DNA of 64,000 nt from a virus (IMGVR_UViG_3300045988_168162:82781-146780); one strand, 5' to 3'; shown: positions 17,993 through 26,848, counted from the stretch's first letter. Made by a program: numbers and translations. The notes: generated by a model not told the origin, from the letters alone.

Positions 17993-18393
17993 GTGTTGCG
18001 TTGATGGGACCTGGTGGCGGCGACTCGAATTTTAAAAAGATGTTTAAAGATTTGTCGTTTTCAAGTGCCGAAAGGGTTCTGCTCTGGACAAATAGCAATC
18101 ACACAAATAATAACACAGGCAGTGTTACTGCCGATACTGGCTCTCAGCTTTATGCTGCTTATTGTATAACTGTAAAAGGGCACTCTTCTCTTAGTCCACA
18201 ATATGTAGCTGAATTTATTGCTATTCGTGGTGCATCTCATAATGCCGTTGGTGGAATTGATAGAAGCATTTGGCGTGGTGTTAAAATTGATGGTTCAAAC
18301 ATTACAATAGGAACACCATATGCTGGTGAAACAACGCACTGGGAGAGTACCATTGTGTACCAGATTTATGGCATCAAAGGAACAGAACTTTAA
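17989..18393 (+). CDS. MSVALMG-family paralog P4
   Basis: N-terminus MSVALMGPGGGDSN. Contains the LLWTNSN motif. 134 aa. Confidence 0.65.
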   Translation: MSVALMGPGGGDSNFKKMFKDLSFSSAERVLLWTNSNHTNNNTGSVTADTGSQLYAAYCITVKGHSSLSPQYVAEFIAIRGASHNAVGGIDRSIWRGVKIDGSNITIGTPYAGETTHWESTIVYQIYGIKGTEL

Positions 18394-18409
18394 TTAAATT
18401 ATGTTATAG

Positions 18410-18446
18410 CCTCGCACCTTGGATAGGTGCGGGGCGATTTTTTATT
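18410..18446 (+). terminator. Rho-independent terminator
   Basis: CCTCGCACC / GGTGCGGGG stem followed by CGATTTTTTATTTT. Confidence 0.7.
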
Positions 18447-18463
18447 TTAAAGGAGAATTTTGT

Positions 18464-18961
18464 ATGGAAATTAAGAAAAATATTACCGTGCAGGAGCGCG
18501 TGGATTTTGTGAATTTTGTTGTGGATACTTGCACGGTGGATAGCCGCTATGTACCGGCACTGTTTGATTTTGCCTGGCGTGCGGGCGTGGTGAAGTTTTT
18601 TGCACCGGAGGTTTGGGAGCACCTGGGCGGCCAGGATGATATTTGCGATTTTGTGTACAGCCGTGACGGCATTGAAATTGTAGAACACCCGGATATTGCC
18701 GAGGTCACCGCTGGCCTGTATGAAGCCTGCCAGGAAGAGATTAAGAACCGGCGCGAGGAATATATGGTGGTTTACCAGAGCGTGGCACACCCTGACCCGA
18801 TGGACCGTATTGCGGATGCCTTTGAAGAGATTGCAGGAGCCATGAAGGGGCTGAATGACCCGGACATGCTGGTGGAGATTGCCAAGAAGGCCGGGCTGGT
18901 AGGGAAGAAGGCTGCACCGGCTGGTAAGGCTGTACCGCTGGAGCTTGCTAAGAAGGAGTAA
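18464..18961 (+). CDS. Putative tail assembly chaperone
   Basis: AAAGGAG SD, acidic 165-aa protein upstream of the tape measure gene. Confidence 0.5.
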   Translation: MEIKKNITVQERVDFVNFVVDTCTVDSRYVPALFDFAWRAGVVKFFAPEVWEHLGGQDDICDFVYSRDGIEIVEHPDIAEVTAGLYEACQEEIKNRREEYMVVYQSVAHPDPMDRIADAFEEIAGAMKGLNDPDMLVEIAKKAGLVGKKAAPAGKAVPLELAKKE

Positions 18962-18964
18962 GAC

Positions 18965-19438
18965 ATGGCTACGGTAACAACGCTGAAAGGTTTAGAGCTT
19001 GAAATGCAGCGGCGCATTAACCGTGCCCTACGTGGAGAAGTTGCGAACGAAGTAGAGAAATGCGTGCAGAAACATGTGCAGCAGGATGTTTTAAGCAAAT
19101 ATGAGCCTGTTGCATATGAACGGCGTGGCGGTGGCGGCCTGGAAGGTGAGGCCAATATCAAAAGCGCTGTACGAGACAAAACTTTGACGGTTAAGGATGT
19201 GGCACAAATAGAGGGGCCAAGACTCCCTGGTTACTCGGCCAGTCATGCTTCTGACACTGAATTTTCCAAACTGATTGAAGGATATGGAAAAGGCGTTGCG
19301 AACCCGTGGGGTGGCAGGAATGGTGCGTGGACAAAACCGCGCCCATTTATGACAAATGCAAAAAAAGAGATTGTCCGTGAAAATAGTCAGGTTCATGGGC
19401 GGATTGTAAAAGCTATAAAAAAGCAATTTCCTGAATAA
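18965..19438 (+). CDS. Hypothetical tail-module protein
   Basis: AAGGAG SD, 157 aa. Weak resemblance to HK97 gp10-type proteins. Confidence 0.4.
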   Translation: MATVTTLKGLELEMQRRINRALRGEVANEVEKCVQKHVQQDVLSKYEPVAYERRGGGGLEGEANIKSAVRDKTLTVKDVAQIEGPRLPGYSASHASDTEFSKLIEGYGKGVANPWGGRNGAWTKPRPFMTNAKKEIVRENSQVHGRIVKAIKKQFPE

Positions 19439-19526
19439 ACGGCAGAGGCTTCGGCCTTTGTCTTGAGTGGTTAGTGATAAATAACCGTTGAAGAGAAAGG
19501 CCGAAAGCCATAAGGAGGATAAAATT

Positions 19527-22500
19527 ATGGCAGAAGATTTAAATATTAAGGTAAAGGTAACACCTGATACCAGTGGGGTACAGGGAGAGCTAAATGGACA
19601 GGCTGGTAGGTTTAATTTGCCAGTAAAAGTGTCACTGCAGAATGTTGCGGATATACAAACTCAAATTCAAAATATCGGCAAAAACATTGATGTTAAAGTT
19701 AATCTTACTATGGCACAGAACGGTGTAAAAAATCAACTAAATAGTTTAAAGAATCAAAAGGTTGATATGCAACTGTTCGACACCACGAAACTTACGCAGG
19801 AATTAAATAAAGTAAGCAGTGCTATTGAAAAAGCTGTCTCAAAGATTCAGATCGCTTTGTCTACAAAGATAGATTCTACAATGAAGGCAACTGCGAGCAA
19901 TGTCGAAAACCTCGGAAAATCTTTTGGCACTATTCAGACAAGAATAGATTCTATTAAAAATACTGGCGACAAGGCTAAAATGCAGGCCGGCCTCGATACT
20001 GCCAAGAAGAACTATAACAATCTTATTCAGCTTGGCACATTGACAACAGAACAATTTAGTGGGATGGCTACTCAGCTTGCTATGGTGAATCGCCAAGTTC
20101 TTGACATTGTTGCGTCTGAAAAGAAATTAGAAAATCAAGCAGCAAGAGTCGCCAAGATCAATATGCGTGGCGATGAACTTATTGATTCTTACAATCGTGG
20201 TAATGCAGATTTGAAAGATGTGTATGATGCGTCTGCTAAGAAATATAGAACAAAAGACGACAGAAACGCAAAACGCAGATTGGATCGACAGCAAAATAGG
20301 ATTAGCGGTCTCATTCAAAATTTCCAGAACAATCCTACGACAGAAAACTTTGATCTTCTATCTCATGAAATTACGATGTATGAGCGAAACAGCAATGATT
20401 TGCAGAGTACATTAAGAGCCGAAAAGAAAGAATGGGAAGATAACGAAAAAGCAAAACAGAATGCTGCAAAAGCTACTGCTGCCGTGGCAAAGAAGACGCA
20501 GGAAGCGCAACAAAAAGCAGAAGATGCACGAAAAAAGACTGCATCGAATTTGAATCAGCAATTTGCAAATTCTGATTTTTCTGATTCGCAAATTAAATAT
20601 TTCGCAGCAAAAAACAACGGTTATAGCACTGCAGATATGAAGCGGTACTTCGCAAGTACAGACAAATGGAACATTAAGCTCAAATCCGCGATTTCCGCAT
20701 TTAATAATGATCCTACTGAACAGAATCTTAAAAAGCTGACTACTACCTATAATGGATATATTACCGCCAAGAAAAAGTTGGATACTTCCTTGACTGAAGA
20801 AAAATCCAAATGGGAAAAGACAGCAGCCGGTATTAAAAAATCCGGGGAAGACCTTGGCAAAACATATTCGGCGCTTGAACAGAAAAAGGCAAAACTTGAT
20901 TCTACTTACACCAAAAAAGTAGAAGGAACACAATTTACAAATCAGGCCATTGAAGATCTTGCAAAAGGGCAAAATGGCACGACCAGTATTGCTACATTGT
21001 TTACTGATGCAGAGACCGCGAAAAAAGATTTTGAAAAAAATATGGACAGCGGTTCTCTTGCACGATATAAAGCTGCAATAGAAGCTTTGACGCAGGCGCT
21101 TGCCAAAATGGACGCAGAGCTTACTGTAGCCGCAAAAAGCTCTGACCAGTTCAATAGTCAAATGCGGGCAAAACAGAACAAATACTCCAGTGAGATGACC
21201 CGGCTTAGTCAGTCCGGCACTGATTTACAGGATCTTGCAATAAGAACTGGCCATGGAAACATGGTTAATAGCAACACGGCGGAAGGCGTACTTTGGGGAG
21301 AAGTTTCTGACGCCAGCAAAGAAGCAAGAACCGCAATGGCGGAGTTCGATCAAAAGCTTGACACAAACAGCCTTTTGAAGTACGAGCAGGCATTGCAGCA
21401 CCTAAAAGAGTTGCTATCTCAGTTCCGTGATGAACTGACGAAAACTATTACTGCTACTAATAAGATGGGCGATATTAAAGATACAAACGCCGCCCAAATG
21501 AGTGAATATCAGAAGAGTTTGCAGGAGCTTACCGCAAGATATAATACCGCTGTTGCAAGTAAACAGGCCAACGGTAAGGATATGGGCGGTTTGCTTGTCG
21601 GAACGGATTTAACTGCTATCAATGACGCTTACACTAAAGCAGATCAAGCCAAAGCGAATTTTGAGCGCGATATGAATCAGACTTCGCTGGCTGCCTACAA
21701 AACGGCCATGGCTGCTTTGGCGCAGGAAATTCGCAATCTGACTTCTGCTTTGGACTCTGCTGATAATTCTGCGGAGAAGGCATTTAGTTCGTTGCCAACA
21801 CAGATGAATGCTGTCGAAGGCACCCTCAAGACGTTAAATGATACATATCGTGCGCAGCAAAACCGCGGTAAAAGTGATGCTGGCGTAGAAAGCACAATTC
21901 AGCTTTATACTGATGTGCTTAAAGAGATGCGGCAGATAGAAGCTTCTGGCAGTAATGACTATTCTCAATTCACGGAAATGTTCAAGAAGTTTGATTCGCA
22001 ATTGCAAGCATCTGGCATTAACATCAATAACTTTACAGACTTCATGCGAGCCATGAATTCCGTGGCTACTCAGGCAAAAGTTTCTATTGGTGATCTTGGC
22101 AACGAATTCAAACAGCAACAGAGCATTGAGTCTTTGAATAAGCGCTTGAACAATCTACTGTATACCATGGAGCGCTATGTTGAGATCAATAAAAAGATCC
22201 AGGGCAATTCTGACGTAATGAACCAGTACAATAGTGTGAAATCTGATATTCAGAGTGCCTTGCGGAGTACAGATGGCGCATTTAAAGAAAGTACATTGTC
22301 TAAGGCTGCTGAAGGATTTTCGGCACTGAAAAAACAGGCGCAGGATCTTGAGCTTGAGGGTAAGACACTGAGCCAAGTATTCCAGAATCTGTTTGGCCAG
22401 CATTTTAGTACGATGGTCGCCATGGGTGCGCTGCATTTGATGCAGAATAGCTTACAGCAGGTTTATCAGAATGTCGTGGATATTGATACGGCTATGACGG

Positions 22501-23579
22501 AACTGAAGAAGGTTACGGATGAGACGAGCTCGACTTATTCTAAGTTTTTGAGTGACGCCGGTAACCAGGCCAAGGAGTTGGGCGCCAGTGTTAGCGATGT
22601 GGTTAGCGCGACTGCCGACTTTGCCCGGCTTGGATATAACTTACAGGATGCCAATGAGATTGCCGAGTCTGCCATTATGTTTAACCGTGTTGGCGACGGC
22701 GTTTCTGATGTTAATGAGGCCAGCGAAGATATTATTTCGGCTATGAAGGCTTTTAATATCGAGGCCGAAAACAGTCAGCAAATCGTTGACAAATACAACG
22801 AGGTAGGTAATAATTATGCCATCAGTTCGGCAGGTGTCGCGGACGCCTTGACTAGATCGGCCGCTGCACTGCATGCCGCCGGAAACGATATTAACCAATC
22901 TATTGGTATGATCGTAGCAGCCAATGATGTCGCCCAATCGCCCGAGCAGGTAGGAAATGCCTTAAAGGTACTTTCTTTACGTATTCGTGGAGCGACTACT
23001 GAACTTGAGGCCATGGGCGAAGATGCCGACGGAGCCGCGACCAGCACAGCAAAACTACAGGCTGAAATTAAGGCTTTGTCTGGCGTTAATATCATGAAGG
23101 ATCGGGATACATTCAAATCTACATACGAAATCTTGGATGAATTGGCTGATAAGTGGGATAGTCTAACTGACGTCTCCAAGGCCAGCATCCTGGAGGACCT
23201 TGCTGGCAAAAACCGCGCCAGTGTTGTAGCCGGTATGTTGGAAAACTGGGATGATGCCAAGAAAGCCATGGAGACAGCACAGAAAAGTGCAGGCAGCGCA
23301 GAAGCGGAGTTGGAGACAGCATTGGATTCCGTGCAGGGCAAGCTCTCTCAGTTCCAAGCTACTTTTCAATCTTTTTCCGAGACCGTCCTCGATTCTGATT
23401 TAGTTAAAGGTATTATTGATTTTGGTACAAGCGCACTAGATGCTGCAGATGGATTTACCAAATGGGCCGGAGTAATCCCGACCTTGACCGCAGCATTAAG
23501 TGCCTTTTTGTCGTTGTCTGGTACGAAGACTCAGGGCAGTATTCAGATGCTCGCTTACGCAGTAGGAATAGCTGCGTAG
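19527..23579 (+). CDS. Tape measure protein, N-terminal part with TP901-family core region
   Basis: AAGGAGG SD plus ATG 19527. Coiled-coil repeats are followed by the core ..AMTELKKVTDE..GASVSDVVSATADFARLGY..NEVGNNYAISSAGVADALTRSAAAL... It ends at TAG just as a hydrophobic segment begins. Confidence 0.85.
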   Translation: MAEDLNIKVKVTPDTSGVQGELNGQAGRFNLPVKVSLQNVADIQTQIQNIGKNIDVKVNLTMAQNGVKNQLNSLKNQKVDMQLFDTTKLTQELNKVSSAIEKAVSKIQIALSTKIDSTMKATASNVENLGKSFGTIQTRIDSIKNTGDKAKMQAGLDTAKKNYNNLIQLGTLTTEQFSGMATQLAMVNRQVLDIVASEKKLENQAARVAKINMRGDELIDSYNRGNADLKDVYDASAKKYRTKDDRNAKRRLDRQQNRISGLIQNFQNNPTTENFDLLSHEITMYERNSNDLQSTLRAEKKEWEDNEKAKQNAAKATAAVAKKTQEAQQKAEDARKKTASNLNQQFANSDFSDSQIKYFAAKNNGYSTADMKRYFASTDKWNIKLKSAISAFNNDPTEQNLKKLTTTYNGYITAKKKLDTSLTEEKSKWEKTAAGIKKSGEDLGKTYSALEQKKAKLDSTYTKKVEGTQFTNQAIEDLAKGQNGTTSIATLFTDAETAKKDFEKNMDSGSLARYKAAIEALTQALAKMDAELTVAAKSSDQFNSQMRAKQNKYSSEMTRLSQSGTDLQDLAIRTGHGNMVNSNTAEGVLWGEVSDASKEARTAMAEFDQKLDTNSLLKYEQALQHLKELLSQFRDELTKTITATNKMGDIKDTNAAQMSEYQKSLQELTARYNTAVASKQANGKDMGGLLVGTDLTAINDAYTKADQAKANFERDMNQTSLAAYKTAMAALAQEIRNLTSALDSADNSAEKAFSSLPTQMNAVEGTLKTLNDTYRAQQNRGKSDAGVESTIQLYTDVLKEMRQIEASGSNDYSQFTEMFKKFDSQLQASGININNFTDFMRAMNSVATQAKVSIGDLGNEFKQQQSIESLNKRLNNLLYTMERYVEINKKIQGNSDVMNQYNSVKSDIQSALRSTDGAFKESTLSKAAEGFSALKKQAQDLELEGKTLSQVFQNLFGQHFSTMVAMGALHLMQNSLQQVYQNVVDIDTAMTELKKVTDETSSTYSKFLSDAGNQAKELGASVSDVVSATADFARLGYNLQDANEIAESAIMFNRVGDGVSDVNEASEDIISAMKAFNIEAENSQQIVDKYNEVGNNYAISSAGVADALTRSAAALHAAGNDINQSIGMIVAANDVAQSPEQVGNALKVLSLRIRGATTELEAMGEDADGAATSTAKLQAEIKALSGVNIMKDRDTFKSTYEILDELADKWDSLTDVSKASILEDLAGKNRASVVAGMLENWDDAKKAMETAQKSAGSAEAELETALDSVQGKLSQFQATFQSFSETVLDSDLVKGIIDFGTSALDAADGFTKWAGVIPTLTAALSAFLSLSGTKTQGSIQMLAYAVGIAA

Positions 23580-23815
23580 GATGCAACCTGAGTCCTATTA
23601 TAAATACCCAAACTGCTGGGAAAAGCTAAGAGCCGTGTGACCACAATAGGGGAATGATCCGCTATGACGGTGCCGAAAGGCAGAAACAACAACACGGATG
23701 CGATAAGCTGAGATAAAAGCTGCTATCGCGTAAGTTGACATAAGATATTAAAACTACGGGGCTTCGTGTAGTGCCAAGAACGAGGCGGTGATTGATTTGG
23801 AGGTGGAGGTGTGGT

Positions 23816-24076
23816 ATGATTAAAGAAATAGCTCATAAGATGTGGAATAAAATACTTGTAAAACGAAATATATGGTGGTTGAACAAATACGGTGATGAGC
23901 TAAACAAAAAGTACAATGGTAAAATGCTTTTGATTGTGGATTGCGAAGTAGTTGCAGTTGGCTCATTTTTAAGTGACATGCCGCATAACAATGAACCTGG
24001 GGCACTGTACTGCCAAACAAAGATTGTTGATCCGTATAGGTATTTTGATTTTAGTAAGAAAACTTCTAAACCATAA
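23816..24076 (+). CDS. Small protein, DUF5678-like
   Basis: GGAGGTG SD. KYNGKMLLIVDCEVVAVG resembles the GKWVAIvdGeVV signature. Confidence 0.45.
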   Translation: MIKEIAHKMWNKILVKRNIWWLNKYGDELNKKYNGKMLLIVDCEVVAVGSFLSDMPHNNEPGALYCQTKIVDPYRYFDFSKKTSKP

Positions 24077-24090
24077 AGGAGTAAATAAAA

Positions 24091-24519
24091 ATGGCTGCAT
24101 ATACATTTGACGGAATTCCAGCAGGGGCGCTTACAATTGGTATTCTTGTGGATGTGTATGCAAATTTTGCACGAAAATGTGTTACTGGAATTATAGATAC
24201 TGGGTGCTCAAATACATGTATTTCTGAGGAATTGGCAGGGATAATGGAGTTGCATCCTTGTGGCCATACAGAATATACTGTTGTTGGCGGAGATAGGGTT
24301 TCCGTCAATAAATACATGGTTAATATAATGATTGATGACACAATACCGTGCGGAGACATCGAAGCAGGTTCTTACCATAAAGGCTCGGAATTTTACGATG
24401 TGATTATTGGCATGGATATACTTAGTAAGTGCGATTTTGCAGTTACAAGCGCAAATGGCCACATGAAGCTAACTATGGAGTATCCTTCTAAACGAGACCT
24501 CGATTTTACAAAAGAATAA
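24091..24519 (+). CDS. Retropepsin-like (clan AA) aspartic protease
   Basis: IIDTGCSNTCIS (DTG motif) and VIIGMDILSKCDF (ILGMDFL-like flap/dimer motif). Confidence 0.7.
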   Translation: MAAYTFDGIPAGALTIGILVDVYANFARKCVTGIIDTGCSNTCISEELAGIMELHPCGHTEYTVVGGDRVSVNKYMVNIMIDDTIPCGDIEAGSYHKGSEFYDVIIGMDILSKCDFAVTSANGHMKLTMEYPSKRDLDFTKE

Positions 24520-24780
24520 CCGCAGGGTGGCACCTACGGCTATACATTTAATATTTTATGTCAGCTTACGCGGAGGCAGTGCTAAGTCGCGTAAACAATG
24601 TTTAATCAGCAGCCGGAGACCCGTGCAGTTTACTGCACAGATGGAGGGTGTGACCTCTGGGTTTCTGGTTCATCGACTGTATGGGTAGCCCTATTCTATG
24701 GCCTTTGCCGGATGGGAGGAAAGACAGTCAGAACATCATGGGAAAGCCATGAGAAGGTTATAATTTTACAACCATGGGTA

Positions 24781-24809
24781 TTGACATACAACTAAAGGTG
24801 TGGTATTAT
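24781..24809 (+). promoter_or_regulatory. Sigma-70-type promoter
   Basis: TTGACA, 17-nt spacer, TATTAT. Confidence 0.5.
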
Positions 24810-24815
24810 AATTGC

Positions 24816-24950
24816 GCCGAAAAGTTAGGAATGTTGCAGCCACAGAATTAAAGCCACCTTTTCTTTAAACTGTAGGTCATTTATCTCCAATTCCTTGTCA
24901 GTACCCTTTCCGGTATAGTCGCTGGGTTTGTCCGCCTGGCGGCTTTTTTG
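24816..24950 (+). ncRNA. Candidate small RNA (about 135 nt)
   Basis: Bounded by the promoter at 24781 and the terminator at 24917-24950 (AGTCGCTGGG / CCTGGCGGCT plus T6). No SD-led ORF. Pyrimidine-rich CCACCTTTTC and ATCTCC motifs are present. Confidence 0.3.
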
Positions 24951-24993
24951 TTTATAGGTATAATTTTGAGTTATCGGATTGTAAATATTTTTC

Positions 24994-25045
24994 TTGACAT
25001 GAGGTTCAATTGAACTTATAATATAGAAAAGAGTTCAGATGAACT
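24994..25045 (+). promoter_or_regulatory. Consensus promoter with two palindromic operators
   Basis: TTGACA (24994), 17-nt spacer, TATAAT (25017). GTTCAATTGAAC (25004-25015) sits in the spacer and AGTTCAGATGAACT (25032-25045) lies downstream. Confidence 0.7.
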
Positions 25046-25064
25046 TATAAGGAGATATTTTGCA

Positions 25065-25397
25065 ATGGAAGAATTGAGCCTTGACGGATTCACTTTGGTA
25101 AACCTTACGTCCGCTTCGACTTTACATCAAAAAAGGCTTGTGTTGGAGCTTACACAGCAACAAGTGGCTGACCGTGCGAACATAGACTTGCAGCAGTACC
25201 GTAAATTTGAATCCGGTGCAAGAGATGTACGCAGAGCCTCTTTTGATGTTGCTTGCCGTGTGATTAAAGCGCTGGAGATGGATGTTGGGAAATTTTTTGA
25301 TGGTGATTATAGTTTTGGAGAAGAAATTTACAGCGAAAACGGCGAACTGAAATACAAAAAGACTGGCAGATCAACAAGCGATAATATTGACCAGTAA
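25065..25397 (+). CDS. XRE-family helix-turn-helix transcriptional regulator
   Basis: LTQQQVADRANIDLQQYRKFESG HTH. AAGGAGA SD. Confidence 0.85.
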   Translation: MEELSLDGFTLVNLTSASTLHQKRLVLELTQQQVADRANIDLQQYRKFESGARDVRRASFDVACRVIKALEMDVGKFFDGDYSFGEEIYSENGELKYKKTGRSTSDNIDQ

Positions 25398-25421
25398 TAA
25401 ATACTTGATATAAAAGTAAGA

Positions 25422-25448
25422 CCGCCCCTGCGAAGGGACGGCCTTTTA
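25422..25448. terminator. Bidirectional terminator hairpin
   Basis: CCGCCCCT-GCGA-AGGGACGG hairpin with T-runs on both strands. Confidence 0.55.
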
Positions 25449-25468
25449 TTGTTTATGAGGAGGTTTTT

Positions 25469-25627
25469 ATGACTTTACAGATTACAGGAGACGCAAAAGA
25501 AATAGCCGAATTGATTGAGATGTTACAAAAGCAGTGCACTAAAGATGCCAAATTGAGAAATTATGTTTGCGGTTGCATCGAGAATAATAGTGGATCAATC
25601 AAATTGTCAAGACAAAATCTCGGGTGA
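25469..25627 (+). CDS. Hypothetical 52-aa protein
   Basis: GAGGAGG SD plus ATG. MTLQITGDAKEIAELIEMLQKQ... Its 3' end overlaps the convergent gene by 21 nt. Not in the ORF track. Confidence 0.35.
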   Translation: MTLQITGDAKEIAELIEMLQKQCTKDAKLRNYVCGCIENNSGSIKLSRQNLG

Positions 25628-26266
25628 TTCAATCCATTGGGCATGTGTTTCATCAATTACTAGAACATCACAGCTCTCGCTAATTGATTGCAACCAGCCG
25701 TTATAATATTGCAATTTGGATGCTGTAGCGTTTATAAAACGCAGGTAATTTACACCTTCTTGAAGTGAAAATAAAAGACAATTAGAATTTATTTGCTGTT
25801 GTGACATAAGCTCAAGTGCTATTTTATTATCTCCTATTGCACTTATGCATATCCCATTTTCGTTTGTAATTTCTTCTATTTTATCGTCTACCAGCGTTGT
25901 TTGAAACACTTCACATATACCATTTTTTACTGCTGCACCGATCATAATTATATTTTGGCTTGTTGCATGTATTTTCAATTCAGTTTTCAAAGCACTTAGT
26001 TCTTCTTGAATAGAAATAGACGAGGCTGAAAGGCTAAGAAGAAATTTCTTTATTATAGCAGATATTGGTGAACCGTCATCAGCTATAAGATTCCCTGTGT
26101 ATGCTATTCCGTGTCCACTTTTAGTTGTAAACACTTTTTGTTGGTAATTCAAAGATGAATAAAGAAGTGCTTGTCCATCTGGCGTTGGTTTTGGATTTAG
26201 CGTAAGCCGCTTGTCTGCTGTCATTACAATTCCATATTGGTTTGCTAATACAAGTACAAGAGACAT
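25607..26266 (-). CDS. Proteasome beta/HslV-like Ntn-hydrolase candidate
   Basis: N-terminus M-SLVLVLANQYGIVMTADKRLT fits the T-T-x-(x)8-G-V-V-x-A-x-D-x-R pattern, with Ser in place of the Thr1 nucleophile and Asp at mature position 17. Later GIAYTGNLIADDG and SAIGDN motifs follow. Confidence 0.45.
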   Translation of the reverse strand: MSLVLVLANQYGIVMTADKRLTLNPKPTPDGQALLYSSLNYQQKVFTTKSGHGIAYTGNLIADDGSPISAIIKKFLLSLSASSISIQEELSALKTELKIHATSQNIIMIGAAVKNGICEVFQTTLVDDKIEEITNENGICISAIGDNKIALELMSQQQINSNCLLFSLQEGVNYLRFINATASKLQYYNGWLQSISESCDVLVIDETHAQWIESPEILS

Positions 26267-26287
26267 ATAGTATTCATCCCTTTTTAA

Positions 26288-26830
26288 TTACCATTCATAC
26301 CCACAATGGTTGCAGTGGAACTGATGCTTGATCTTCTGGCTAAAGATACCCAGCATCAGGAAATTGCCAGCCTTTTGAGTGACCGTAATTGGTTTGATGT
26401 CTGTGCTATGACATGTAGGGCAACGTGGACGAGTAGCTTCGCGTTCTGTACGTTCACGCTCGCGGCGGGCTTGGGATTCTTGCTGTGTATTCTGTTGTTG
26501 CTTTTCTTTTAATTGTCTTGTTCTAACATCAAACAATCCTTTGTTGAAGTCGGAACTATTATACACATAAATATTTCTTAGATACTCATCAATAATTGGA
26601 CTCTCTGTTTCGTTGTCTATGTTCGCAATTGTATACTCTCTTTTGGAGATTTCTTTAAGTATCTGGTTTTCGCTTTTTGATAGAATTTCACAGAACTGTT
26701 GTTGTGTTAATAATTTTATTTTTGGATTATGACAAAACCAACATTCATGTTTTTCATCCTGATCCATTGCAGTAACATCCCCACAGATTGTACATATAGA
26801 CATTTGGAGAGAGTTAAGATAATCGTCCAT
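26288..26830 (-). CDS. Double zinc-ribbon protein
   Basis: CTICG..(15)..CWFCH at the N-terminus, a Q/E/R-rich linker, and CPTCHS..(33)..CNHCGYEW at the C-terminus. AAGGAG SD. Confidence 0.7.
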   Translation of the reverse strand: MDDYLNSLQMSICTICGDVTAMDQDEKHECWFCHNPKIKLLTQQQFCEILSKSENQILKEISKREYTIANIDNETESPIIDEYLRNIYVYNSSDFNKGLFDVRTRQLKEKQQQNTQQESQARRERERTEREATRPRCPTCHSTDIKPITVTQKAGNFLMLGIFSQKIKHQFHCNHCGYEW

Positions 26831-26848
26831 TTTATTCTCCTTTTATAC

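Noticed and set aside
24598-24795. 65-aa + strand ORF in the island
   Set aside because: It has no SD, overlaps the predicted promoter at 24781, and lies in a region dominated by RNA-like helices.
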